DNA of 64,000 nucleotides from a virus (Duplodnaviria; Caudoviricetes): IMG/VR virus record IMGVR_UViG_3300012979_000030, positions 1 to 64,000 of that record; one strand, 5' to 3'. Shown piece by piece: positions 18,841 to 29,400 of this stretch (position 1 is its first letter; each line of letters starts with the position of its first letter). The notes under the pieces were generated by a model. It saw only the letters and a program-made list of their open reading frames with translations, ran no database searches and was not told where the DNA came from. The position numbers and the translations under genes were made by a program.

Positions 18841-19936
18841 TATATTTCTCTATTATGTGTTTGTTGTTTGTTATATAATCATGTGCTTTCTTATATGGAC
18901 ATTCTGATATTTTATAATGTTTAAACAATATAGATGTCCAACAAGGCATTGAGCATGAACCATAATATTTACAAGTTAAACAACCTCTTTTTAATATACC
19001 CAATGATGCTTTAATATTTGAAACAGAATCTTCTGTAATGTTTTGTGTTTCATTAGCATAAAACATATCATTTCCAAATATTGTTGAACTTTTAACACAA
19101 TTATATGTTACACAATTTTTACAATGTGATAAATGTTTATCACAATTACAGGTTCTACCAATTGTTTTTGAAGTATTCATTGATGTCATAACAAGTTTTT
19201 CTATATCATATATACCAAACAATCTATTATCTAATGCCCATTTAAAGAAATTAAATATATCATCATCTGTTGGCATTAGTTCTTCCCAATTTTTATTTGG
19301 TATATAAAAATTAACATCAAACTTTTTATATTTTCTTAACTTTTCAATATCACTATTACCACTAATATAACAATTAATTGTTCTCTTTGTCAATGTGATT
19401 GATATATCACTTAATAAGTCATTATTATAAAAATATTCTACTGTTTTAAAAAACATTTCTTTTTGTGTGTCTGATGAATATCTATCAATTGGATCATAAC
19501 TAAATCCTATAAACCCATTAGAATATTCAATTATATCTTTCACTCTTTCCCATTTAGTAAAAACACCATTAGAAATCCAAGAAAATGTTACATTAACATC
19601 ATTCAAATCTTTTCTAAATAACTTTCTAAAGTTATCCACCAGCAACTTATATTCATCAAATAATGTGTCAGGCAATGCATCAAAAAATAATTCTCCACCC
19701 CATAATCTAATATTAACTTCTTTGATATCTTTATGTGTTTTTATTTCTTCCTTCATTCTATCAACAATATCATATGGTATTTTTCTTATATAATCATAAT
19801 CAATATTATTATTTGAATGTTCTTCTAAACAAAACTTACATTTTAAATTACACCTTTCAAATAAAAGGCAATCAATACCAAACTTATTATCATTATGTAT
19901 TTTATCTTGTTTTGCTAAATTTATTTTACTAAACAT
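18821..19936 (-). CDS. Radical SAM protein (subfamily B)
   Basis: CLLFERCNLKCKFC, WGGELFFD, SNG, SYDP.DR, KRGC..C..Y..C...CW...CP. Confidence 0.9.
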   Translation of the reverse strand: MFSKINLAKQDKIHNDNKFGIDCLLFERCNLKCKFCLEEHSNNNIDYDYIRKIPYDIVDRMKEEIKTHKDIKEVNIRLWGGELFFDALPDTLFDEYKLLVDNFRKLFRKDLNDVNVTFSWISNGVFTKWERVKDIIEYSNGFIGFSYDPIDRYSSDTQKEMFFKTVEYFYNNDLLSDISITLTKRTINCYISGNSDIEKLRKYKKFDVNFYIPNKNWEELMPTDDDIFNFFKWALDNRLFGIYDIEKLVMTSMNTSKTIGRTCNCDKHLSHCKNCVTYNCVKSSTIFGNDMFYANETQNITEDSVSNIKASLGILKRGCLTCKYYGSCSMPCWTSILFKHYKISECPYKKAHDYITNNKHIIEKYNEYKKS

Positions 19937-21066
19937 TTTATTTCCTTACCACACCAATTCATATAATCATATAATATATCTTTATTAATTTCAATATATT
20001 CATATGCTTTCTCATATGGGCATCTTGTTGTTTTATATTCACTAAATACCATACTTATCCAACAAGGCATTTGGCATCTATCATAATATTTACACAGTTG
20101 GCAACCTCTTTTTTTAATACCCAATGACACCTTAATATCATTACTATTTTCTTCATTTATTATATTAGCATATTCACCAAAAAACATTTCTGTTGGGAGT
20201 TCAGAACTTCGTTTAGCACAATCAACACTCCATTCACCATATGTTAATTGAGAACAACTTTTACAATCACAGTGTCTTTGAATATATTCGGTTGTATAAT
20301 ACCAAATTAATTTCTCTATAACTTTAATATGAAACAATCTATTATCTAATGCCCATTTAAAGAAATTAAATATATCATCATCTGTTGGCATTAGTTCTTC
20401 CCAATTTTTATTTGGTATATAAAAATTAACATCAATGGTTGACATCATGGTGTTTATATCTGTTGTGTTTGATATGAATTCATTAATATTTTGTTTTGTT
20501 AGTGTTATAGACACAACTTCACTCAAACCAAATTCATAAAATCTTTTAGAATTTTCTAGCATTAATTCCTTTTGTTTATATGAACCAAACCTATCAATTG
20601 GATCATATGAGAAATTAATTATACCATTAGAATATTCAATTATATCTTTCACTCTTTCCCATTTAGTAAAAACCCCATTTGATAACCATGAAAATCTAAT
20701 TTTTATATTTGGAAATGATTCACTAAATAACTCTCTAAAATTATCTACCAACAACTTATATTCATCAAATAATGAGTCAGGTAATGCATCAAAAAATAAC
20801 TCTCCACCCCAAAGCATTATATTAACTTCTTTGATATTGTTATATTTCTTATATTCTTCTTTGAAGTTATCAATTATTAGATTTGGTATTTTTCTTATAT
20901 AATCAACATCTATTTTATTGTTTCTATGACCTTCAAAACAAAACTTACATTTTAAATTACATCTTTCAAATAAAAGACAAGATATTTCATAAAGGGTTGG
21001 ATCTTTATAAAATGGTATAAATGGTGTTTTATATGACCAATTTGGATAAGTTAAAAGTTCAGTCAT
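19921..21066 (-). CDS. Radical SAM protein (subfamily B)
   Basis: Same motifs; close paralog of 18821-19936. Confidence 0.9.
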   Translation of the reverse strand: MTELLTYPNWSYKTPFIPFYKDPTLYEISCLLFERCNLKCKFCFEGHRNNKIDVDYIRKIPNLIIDNFKEEYKKYNNIKEVNIMLWGGELFFDALPDSLFDEYKLLVDNFRELFSESFPNIKIRFSWLSNGVFTKWERVKDIIEYSNGIINFSYDPIDRFGSYKQKELMLENSKRFYEFGLSEVVSITLTKQNINEFISNTTDINTMMSTIDVNFYIPNKNWEELMPTDDDIFNFFKWALDNRLFHIKVIEKLIWYYTTEYIQRHCDCKSCSQLTYGEWSVDCAKRSSELPTEMFFGEYANIINEENSNDIKVSLGIKKRGCQLCKYYDRCQMPCWISMVFSEYKTTRCPYEKAYEYIEINKDILYDYMNWCGKEIKCLVK

Positions 21067-22159
21067 TAATAGTATTCCTAAATCTTTCTATAATTTGTTG
21101 ATTGTTTATTATATATTCGGTAATTCTTTTATGGGGACATTCCCCAACTTCATAATGTTTAAAATTAAATGAGGACCAACAACACATTTGACATTTATCA
21201 TAATATTTACACATTTGGCAACCTCTTTTTTTAACACCAATAGATGCAGAAATAATATTAAAATTATCTTCTGTCATTGTTTCAAAAGCATCACCATAAA
21301 AATCTTTAGCATCCATACCACCCATATATTCAGAACATTTAGTTGTTTTGATGCCTTTGTTGTGTATAATTCTATTATTACAAGAACAACTTCTGTTTGG
21401 TCTGTAATCTTTGTTTATAATACTTTTTATTAAATTTTGTATATATGCAACATTAAAATAATTATTATCAACCAACCATTTGAAAAAATTATATAAATCA
21501 TCATCACTTGGTAATAAAAATTTCCAATTTTTATTTGGTATATAATAATTTATATCAATATCATCACACTTTCTAAACATTTCTAAATCACTATCTCCAT
21601 TTATATAATGCTGAATACAAGGTTTAGTTAATGTAATTGATATATCACGCAAATATCCACTTTCATTTAATATATTATATACATTAAAAAATACATCTTT
21701 TTGTTTTTGTGTAAATAATCTACCATATGGATCATATGATAATGACACTTTACAATTTGTCTTCTTAACAAAATCAATAAATCTATCTACTTTTTTAAAC
21801 AATCCATTTGAAATAACATCAAAATTTACTGTTATATTTGGATACTTATTAGATAAATTATGTCTTATATAAGATATAATATTTTCATATTCTGTAAAAT
21901 ATTCATCACCCAAACTATCCTGGAATAACTCCCCACCTCTCAATGATAATTTTATATTTGTTACGTTTCTTTTTATAATTTCATCCTCAATATCTTTTAA
22001 TAATATTGGTGGAAGAGTCTTTAAAAAATTTATATCAATATCTTGTTTTAAATGTTGTTGAAAACAATGAATACAATTATTATTACATTGTTCCCACAAT
22101 ATACAATCAATTCCAAGATTAGTTTCATACTCTTTATGATAAATGTTATTTAATATCAT
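21059..22159 (-). CDS. Radical SAM protein (subfamily B)
   Basis: CILWEQCNNNCIHC, RGGELFQD, SYDPYGR, KRGCQMCKYYDKC..CCW. Confidence 0.9.
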   Translation of the reverse strand: MILNNIYHKEYETNLGIDCILWEQCNNNCIHCFQQHLKQDIDINFLKTLPPILLKDIEDEIIKRNVTNIKLSLRGGELFQDSLGDEYFTEYENIISYIRHNLSNKYPNITVNFDVISNGLFKKVDRFIDFVKKTNCKVSLSYDPYGRLFTQKQKDVFFNVYNILNESGYLRDISITLTKPCIQHYINGDSDLEMFRKCDDIDINYYIPNKNWKFLLPSDDDLYNFFKWLVDNNYFNVAYIQNLIKSIINKDYRPNRSCSCNNRIIHNKGIKTTKCSEYMGGMDAKDFYGDAFETMTEDNFNIISASIGVKKRGCQMCKYYDKCQMCCWSSFNFKHYEVGECPHKRITEYIINNQQIIERFRNTIND

Positions 22160-23210
22160 TTGTGTTTTTCCATATTTTAAAGTTTTCTATTATCTTTGAA
22201 TTATTTTCAATATATTTATATATACGTTTATGGGGACATTCTGACATTTTAAATTTTCTATAACACAACATCATCCAACAATAATATGAACAGTTTTTAT
22301 AATATTCACACATTATGCAATTTCTTTTCTTTAAACCTTGTTTCTTTATTGATTCAACAGCATCTAAATCTTTTATATTTGTATCATCATAAAAGTCACT
22401 CAATTTATAATTTGGTATATAAACATTACAACTTCTATATGAATTGTTATTGTATATAATAGTAGTATTATCACATAAACAAATTGGACCAATTGGAGTT
22501 CCATATATATAACTGTTTAAAATATTTTGTACATATAACACATTAAATATATCATTATCTAATAAAAATTTATAAAAATCAAATATATCATCATCTGATG
22601 GTAAATCAAATCCATTCATTGTTGGTATATAATAATTTATATCAATATCTGTCTGATAAAACTGTTTTAATAAATTTTTATTCTTAATATATTCTATAAT
22701 AGAATCCTTTGTCAATGTTATTGCTATATTTTTTATCAATTTTTTCTCTTTAAGAATTTCATAATTTCTATAAAACAATTCTAATTGTTTATCTGTTTTA
22801 AATCTTCCAATTGGATCATATGATAATGTCATGACACCATTTACTGATTGAATAAAATCAACAACTCTATCAATATTATTATATATTCCATTAGTCATAA
22901 AATGATATTTAATATTAATTAATGGATATTTTGTCTTGCATAAAAAATTTATATTTTCTATCATTTGTTTATATAGACCAAATACATCATCACCTAAACT
23001 ATCCTGGAATAACTCCCCACCTCTCAATGATAATAAAACAGTTGATATAGATTTGGTTTTAATATCATCACTAATTGTTTTATCTATATGATAAACAAAC
23101 TCATCAATTTTATCCTTATTGAATTTAAATACATTGTGTTGTTGAAAACAATGTTTGCAATTTAAATTACACATATCAAACAAAACACAATCAATTGCTG
23201 AACTAACCAT
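22146..23210 (-). CDS. Radical SAM protein (subfamily B)
   Basis: CVLFDMCNLNCKHC, RGGELFQD, SYDPIGR, KRNCIMCEYYKNC...CW. Confidence 0.9.
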   Translation of the reverse strand: MVSSAIDCVLFDMCNLNCKHCFQQHNVFKFNKDKIDEFVYHIDKTISDDIKTKSISTVLLSLRGGELFQDSLGDDVFGLYKQMIENINFLCKTKYPLINIKYHFMTNGIYNNIDRVVDFIQSVNGVMTLSYDPIGRFKTDKQLELFYRNYEILKEKKLIKNIAITLTKDSIIEYIKNKNLLKQFYQTDIDINYYIPTMNGFDLPSDDDIFDFYKFLLDNDIFNVLYVQNILNSYIYGTPIGPICLCDNTTIIYNNNSYRSCNVYIPNYKLSDFYDDTNIKDLDAVESIKKQGLKKRNCIMCEYYKNCSYYCWMMLCYRKFKMSECPHKRIYKYIENNSKIIENFKIWKNTNDIK

Positions 23211-24000
23211 TGCCTAATACCTCATATAATTTCTTTGGAAAACTACAATGTTTTTGTAACATACATGGTTTGCATTTTGAAACCAATTCACATGTTAAAC
23301 ATTTATCAACAATCTTTCTTCCTATGTATTGTGGGCAACCAAATCTTAATTCACCTGTTGGTTCTAATGTCCATATATCTGAACAATCATTATTCCAATT
23401 TAAAACTCGTTCTTCAATAACATTTTTTAATTTAAATTTCCATAAATTGTGTATTTTACATAACCACTCATCACATCTTTGGTGAAATAAATTATCAAGG
23501 TTATTATCTAATAAATGCTCAAACACTATACCATCAACAGATTCCAAATAATCAATATCAGATAATATTTTTAATAATCTTTCATCACTCATTGTTATCA
23601 AATCATTTGTCATTGTTATTAACACATCTATTGGTGTATTTGTATTTTTAAATTTAGATAAATTATTCAACCATAGTTTGTATTGTTCTGTTGTAAATCT
23701 CTTTGGATTCCATGATGTTGCTAATGATATATTATATTCTTGTATTAAGTTAAATATGTCATTATCTAATAATAATAAATTTGTGGATATGCTGTTAATT
23801 TTATTTGTTTCTATACATTTTTTAAGGACATCTTTATTTAAAAATGGTTCTCCACCAAATAAGACAATGCTATCTGCATGTATATCAATTAGTGTTTTGA
23901 TAAATTTTTCTTCATCAAATTGTATCTTCCTCTTATGTATATCACAATGAGGACAATTTAAATTACAATTATATGTTGGTATTGCATATACGGTTTTCAT
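23203..24000 (-). CDS. Radical SAM protein (short, SPASM-like C-terminus)
   Basis: PTYNCNLNCPHC, FGGEP, STNL, TSWN..RF, CLTC...CKPC...CSFP. Confidence 0.9.
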   Translation of the reverse strand: MKTVYAIPTYNCNLNCPHCDIHKRKIQFDEEKFIKTLIDIHADSIVLFGGEPFLNKDVLKKCIETNKINSISTNLLLLDNDIFNLIQEYNISLATSWNPKRFTTEQYKLWLNNLSKFKNTNTPIDVLITMTNDLITMSDERLLKILSDIDYLESVDGIVFEHLLDNNLDNLFHQRCDEWLCKIHNLWKFKLKNVIEERVLNWNNDCSDIWTLEPTGELRFGCPQYIGRKIVDKCLTCELVSKCKPCMLQKHCSFPKKLYEVLGNG

Positions 24001-24386
24001 AGTAAAAACTCTTTTTTAAAATATTCAACTGTTTTATCTATTGATTTATATTGCCATATATCCCCAATTTTTTCAATAATTTTATCATATACATCATTAT
24101 TATCAGAATATTTAACAAAATATTTGTCATCAAATAATAAATCCTCATAATCTAATGACTCATAGAATGGTATGCTAAAATATTTTTCCAAACATTTAGC
24201 ATAAACAATTGCTACAAAATATGATTTAGCAGGATATACTAATTCAGATTCTGTCTCAAAAAATTTAATAACATTGTTTATTATATTATCATAATCAATT
24301 GTATATGGTAATGAAACATCATCCCAAACATTTATCATATATGATAATTTTCTTCTTTGGTTCAATGTTTCATTATCTTTTATCAT
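23997..24386 (-). CDS. Small hypothetical protein heading the rSAM genes
   Basis: 129 aa, YPAKSYFVAIVYA motif; ATGA overlaps with both neighbours. Confidence 0.6.
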   Translation of the reverse strand: MIKDNETLNQRRKLSYMINVWDDVSLPYTIDYDNIINNVIKFFETESELVYPAKSYFVAIVYAKCLEKYFSIPFYESLDYEDLLFDDKYFVKYSDNNDVYDKIIEKIGDIWQYKSIDKTVEYFKKEFLL

Positions 24387-25015
24387 AGTGTTATAATCCT
24401 TGTATCACTATTATGCAAATGTTTATTAAATGGTTTTAGTGGCATATAAACTTTACCATCTTTGTTATTGTTTAAAAAATACTCAATGTTTTTTGGTGAA
24501 TCATCAATAATAACATCATACATATTTGTATCTTTTGGATTGTCATTCATTTCCAATTCAAATAATATCTTATCAAAAATTGAAAAATCAACTATTTTTT
24601 CTTCTTGACATTTTTTAATAAAATTTGATTTAGATATAATCATATTCATTGAAGCATTCTTTGTATGCAATACTTTATAATAATCTTTGAAATCAGTTCT
24701 TAATAATTCAAATATTTTATTACAATCATTTGCTAGATAAGAATTATCATAAAATGTTGTATCAAAGAAGATTTTATCCATAAATTTGTCAACAATAGAT
24801 GAAATATATTGATATTCCATAAGTGTGTCTTTTTTCTTATAAAATTCATAGATACTATCTGTATAATTATATTGTGTGATATTTTCCAATCTCAATCTTA
24901 AGGTTGTATCTAAATAATCATCATGGTTTAATGTAACCCATTGATTCCATCTATCACAAAACATTTCACTAAGTGATACAATTGTATCATCAAAATCCAC
25001 CATAATAGTCTTCAC
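24383..25015 (-). CDS. HAD-superfamily 5'(3')-deoxyribonucleotidase-like phosphatase
   Basis: IMVDFDDTI (DxD motif I), VIIDDSPKN (motif IV); GTG start after GAGGAG. Confidence 0.75.
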   Translation of the reverse strand: MKTIMVDFDDTIVSLSEMFCDRWNQWVTLNHDDYLDTTLRLRLENITQYNYTDSIYEFYKKKDTLMEYQYISSIVDKFMDKIFFDTTFYDNSYLANDCNKIFELLRTDFKDYYKVLHTKNASMNMIISKSNFIKKCQEEKIVDFSIFDKILFELEMNDNPKDTNMYDVIIDDSPKNIEYFLNNNKDGKVYMPLKPFNKHLHNSDTRIITL

Positions 25016-25069
25016 TTAATATATCTCCTCAGTTAAATTTTATCATTATAGAATATAATACAATAGTTT

Positions 25070-25975
25070 CTACATAATGTCAAATTTAACTGTACAGATA
25101 ATAAGTCCTTCCTCATCTGATGTTTTTTCTTCTAATGCTCTTGCTATAATATTTGAATTCATACCTGTATAAGTATTTCTATGCATATCCAATGATTCAT
25201 CATTTTCATCAATGCTATCATAAGATATAGCAACACCAGGAATGTTTGATAATACCAATCTATCAAACTTATGACATTTTCCAATAACTCTTACTGGAAC
25301 TTTACCAACCAATGCTATTGCTTGTGATGATTCATCATTAAATGAATCTTGTGTATTTAATATAAATCCTGGTTCTGATGTAATTACTGCATTAACTTCT
25401 TCCGTTGCAATTGTTATTTCTTTTTCACCACCAAATTGAACCAGTGTTCCTTTTGGGTAGTTGTTATCAGATTTATAATATTCTGCCAAGTCTCCCCATA
25501 ATGCTCTATAAGCAGTTCCTTGAATTGTTGAACTAAAATTCCATGTTCCTGAACAATTTACATATGATGGTGAATTAGAACCATAAACAGGGGTAATAAT
25601 TCGAAATGGAACCTCGACACCTGTATCTTCGCTATTCCTCACAACAATATTAAAGTATCTGCTACCATCATTTACATATGCTTCTTCAATATATCCAGAT
25701 GGAGAACCATTTTTATCAACAAAAGTAAATGCCATATATGTATTGGCAGAACGTGTAGTATCTTTATTTGAATTAATTGATGATTTTCTATAAACATTAT
25801 TTAAAAATGTTTTTGCTCCACCAATTGTTTCATCATATTTTGTATGAACTAAATCTTCATCTGCAAATGGAAATTCAACAGCATACAATTGACTATCATC
25901 AATTGATGTCAATGAATCAAATTTTTCTTTTGTCATCATATTAATATTAGTCAATTCAACTTTTGTATCTGCCAT
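25070..25975 (-). CDS. Tail fibre-like protein with C-terminal chaperone/peptidase G2-like domain
   Basis: ETIGGAKTF fibre repeat; WGDLAEYY...GTLV.FGGEKEIT...IALVGKVPV C-terminal module. Confidence 0.65.
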   Translation of the reverse strand: MADTKVELTNINMMTKEKFDSLTSIDDSQLYAVEFPFADEDLVHTKYDETIGGAKTFLNNVYRKSSINSNKDTTRSANTYMAFTFVDKNGSPSGYIEEAYVNDGSRYFNIVVRNSEDTGVEVPFRIITPVYGSNSPSYVNCSGTWNFSSTIQGTAYRALWGDLAEYYKSDNNYPKGTLVQFGGEKEITIATEEVNAVITSEPGFILNTQDSFNDESSQAIALVGKVPVRVIGKCHKFDRLVLSNIPGVAISYDSIDENDESLDMHRNTYTGMNSNIIARALEEKTSDEEGLIICTVKFDIM

Positions 25976-26005
25976 AATTTACCTCTAAGTTATTATATAA
26001 ATTAT

Positions 26006-26404
26006 TTATTCAATAAATGTTATAGTTACAATAGCATTTGATGGGGTTGGTTCTATTGTAATAGTTACAAGCTCAATTAAATCAATATTTAATTCAGTAT
26101 CTGATGTCATAATCAATCTTCTTTCAATAGGAACATAACCATCTCTTTCAATTTTATAATTTACTTCAGTTCCAATTGGAACAGATATACTGTTTCCATT
26201 TTGTTTATATTCACCTGCATCAAATGTTATTTTTGCATCAGAAGGATTGACATTTATTGTTAAGGTTGTATATGCATATAATGTAAGTAATTCTGTTTTT
26301 GTTTTATCCCAAATTAAATTGCCAATTTTATAACCATCTTTATCATTATAAATTAAGTATGATGCTGATGTATTTTTTCTACCTGTTAATTTTTTTCTTA
26401 TCAT
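26006..26404 (-). CDS. PEGA-like beta-sandwich protein ending in a half domain
   Basis: LTINVNPSDAKIT...SISVPIGTEVNYKIERDGY...LNIDL, then VTITIEPTPSNAIVTITF*. Confidence 0.55.
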   Translation of the reverse strand: MIRKKLTGRKNTSASYLIYNDKDGYKIGNLIWDKTKTELLTLYAYTTLTINVNPSDAKITFDAGEYKQNGNSISVPIGTEVNYKIERDGYVPIERRLIMTSDTELNIDLIELVTITIEPTPSNAIVTITFIE

Positions 26405-26412
26405 ACATACTC

Positions 26413-29400
26413 CTATAATGATATATTTAATGTTGTATCATCTGCAATTGTATAATATTTAGTATTATCATTATAACCATTTTTTGATACATTTATTAAA
26501 ACTTTTGAATTTTGTAATGTTAAAAATTCTTTATCTTTAATATTTACAGCATAATTTGATGTATCTTTATTAATACAATCCCACCATCTTACACCATTAA
26601 TATTGATATAACATTCATTCAAATCAATATATCCATTGGTTGGCAAATGTGAAGATGATCTATCCCATGCTGCACCCAAATGGAATGTACAATGACGGAC
26701 GGCAACTGTTGAATCAACACGTGTTCCATATCTCCATGTCTTACCATCTTTTGATAATAAAGTTGTATATCTTTTACCATCAAATATAATTTTTGCATAG
26801 TATTCAGTATTTAATGACATTGCATAATTACCAGTATATGAACTATTCACAACATTCCAACTTGAACCATCGCTTGAAACCCACAGTCTTGCAACACCAT
26901 TTACATCCCAACCAAATAAAACCCCATTATCTGCATTTGTACATCCAAATGGATATTTGGATGTTGAAAAATCTGAACCAGTATTGAATTTTAATCCAAC
27001 TTCCCATGGTGATGTTGAAGGATTAAATTGATTTTTTAATGTTATATAATTTGTTGCATTTATGCCGGTTAATATACCATTACTATCATAATATCCAACC
27101 TTGTTATATTGTTTACCATCCCACCAAATTTCATCATCTATTTTAATATATGATTCATTTAAATATATGATTCCATTATGATATAAAGTTGGGTGTGATA
27201 CACTAATACCCAATGATTGTGTTGCTGAAGCTCCAATTACTTCTGATGATGATACACTTGCTTCTTGATTATATGTAATTCCATCTGTAGATATATAGAC
27301 AATGTATTGTGTTCCTGTATATTGAACTTTAACCCAATAATCTTTGTTTGTTGTCAATATGGTTGTTCCAGAGACATTCATTATATTCCATGATGATGCA
27401 CCAAGTGTACATGCCTCAACACGAATACTTCCTGATGTATTATAAAAAATATGTATCCCAGCTGTTCTATCTGTTGTATTACCATTACCAAATAAATTTA
27501 TCCATGTAGATGTTGTATTAAATGAAGAAATATTAAATTTCAATACTATTTCCCATTTAGAGTTTCCTGGGGTAAATAATTGTGGTAATAACAAATAATT
27601 GGTTTCATTAAATCCTTTTGCAATACCATTCTCAACAGAAAGCATTGTACCATTAATGCTATAATTTTGGATATACTTTTCATCCCAATATTTATAAGTA
27701 TTTGTTTTATTGTTCCACCACAATTGACCATTTATTTTAATATATGATTTTGATATATCAATCATGCCAAACCATGGATATTGGTTTGATGCACCTGTAT
27801 CTGTCCCAATACCAACCACACCATTAAATTTGGGTGAAATGTTTTTTGATATTGATATATAGTTGACATAATCTATACCATTTGTTGATAAATCAATTTT
27901 ATAATCTGTTCCATTCCAATGATATTTTACATAATATTCAGTATTTGGTAATACATCTAATGTACTTAAAGTTCCATCTGTTCCAGCAATATCATTTGTC
28001 GTTCCATCTGATGATGCATATAATTTTATTTTACCATCAATTATCATAAATGATCCCAATCCCAAATATGCATCACCCGCACAAATTGTTTGTCGTGTTG
28101 TTATATCTGTTGTTGTTGTTACTTTCATAACTTGTTCAAATGATGTTATTGTTCCAATAGATGATGCATGTTTAATATAATTAGAAGTTGTAAATCCACT
28201 AATTATACCATCATTGTTCCAAAAACCAATCTTTTCGACTGTAAATGAATTTAATTCAAATAAACCGGAAATACTTATATATCCATTACCACCAGTTCCA
28301 CCACCTTGCCAATCACAAGCACCACCATAACCACCATAACCATAAGAACCATATGGAGATGCAACTGTAGATGTTTGTCCCCAACCATAACCACCTGCAC
28401 CATTATTACCATTTGATTTAACAGTATATGATAATGGTTGAGTATTTAATGTCAAAGTTCCACCAGTTCCACCTGATGCATCCAATGCACCACCAGTTCC
28501 ACCACCAGCAATTATTACATCACCAATTGATGAACTACCACCCGTTCCACCGCGACTCCAATCCATTCTAGGAGTTCCAGTGCCACCTGCACCAACTGTT
28601 ATTTTATAAATGCCTTTTGGTATGTTTACTTTACCTACAAATGCAGCTCCAGATGCACCACTTGCACCATCAGAGTGTTTAGAACAACCAGAACCACCAC
28701 CACCGGCACCAACAACTATAACATCATATTCACCACCACTTAAATTAATATAATATGATCCACTACTAAATTCTTTCTTAGTGTTATTTGCTGAAACCAC
28801 ATTGGAATTTAAATCATGACAATCCCACCACAAACTGTCATCTATTTTTATATAACATTCATTTAAATCTATATGTCCATCAGTAAATACTTCACTTTTA
28901 TTATATCCTCTTATACCAATATATACAATAGAATCAACATATGAAGAAAACTCATTTGTGGTTTGAACAACATCTTCAACATAATTTATCCCATCAGTTG
29001 ATATATATAGTTTATTACCACTTGTATCACATACACATTTAAACCAATAATATTTGTCTTTTGTTAATTGAGTAATTTTACTACTACTACTTGAACACCA
29101 AAGTCTTAATAAATCATCATGAATAGCAATATTAAACCCAGTCCAATTATTTTTTGATAATTCAAAAATACATCTAACACCAGATGTAGCATTGCATTTA
29201 AATTTCCCACCAAATTCTATTTTAGAACAATTTGGTATTGTTTGTGGCAGTTTTAAATATTCTGTTGATGTAAATCCACTTGCCACACCATTATAAATCA
29301 CCCCTGGATTTCTACTAAAAATAACATTTTGTTGATATTCATCTGGATATCCATTTAATGCATGAACAACATTTACCGAAGCATCATTAGGTGTTGTATT

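Noticed and set aside
2073-25015. Known cofactor pathways (MoaA, PqqE, NrdG, QueE/7-deazaguanine) as the explanation for the rSAM cluster
   Set aside because: No partner genes (moaC, pqqBCD, nrdD, queC/queD/folE/dpdA) recognised in the window; the paralog expansion does not fit single-step cofactor enzymes
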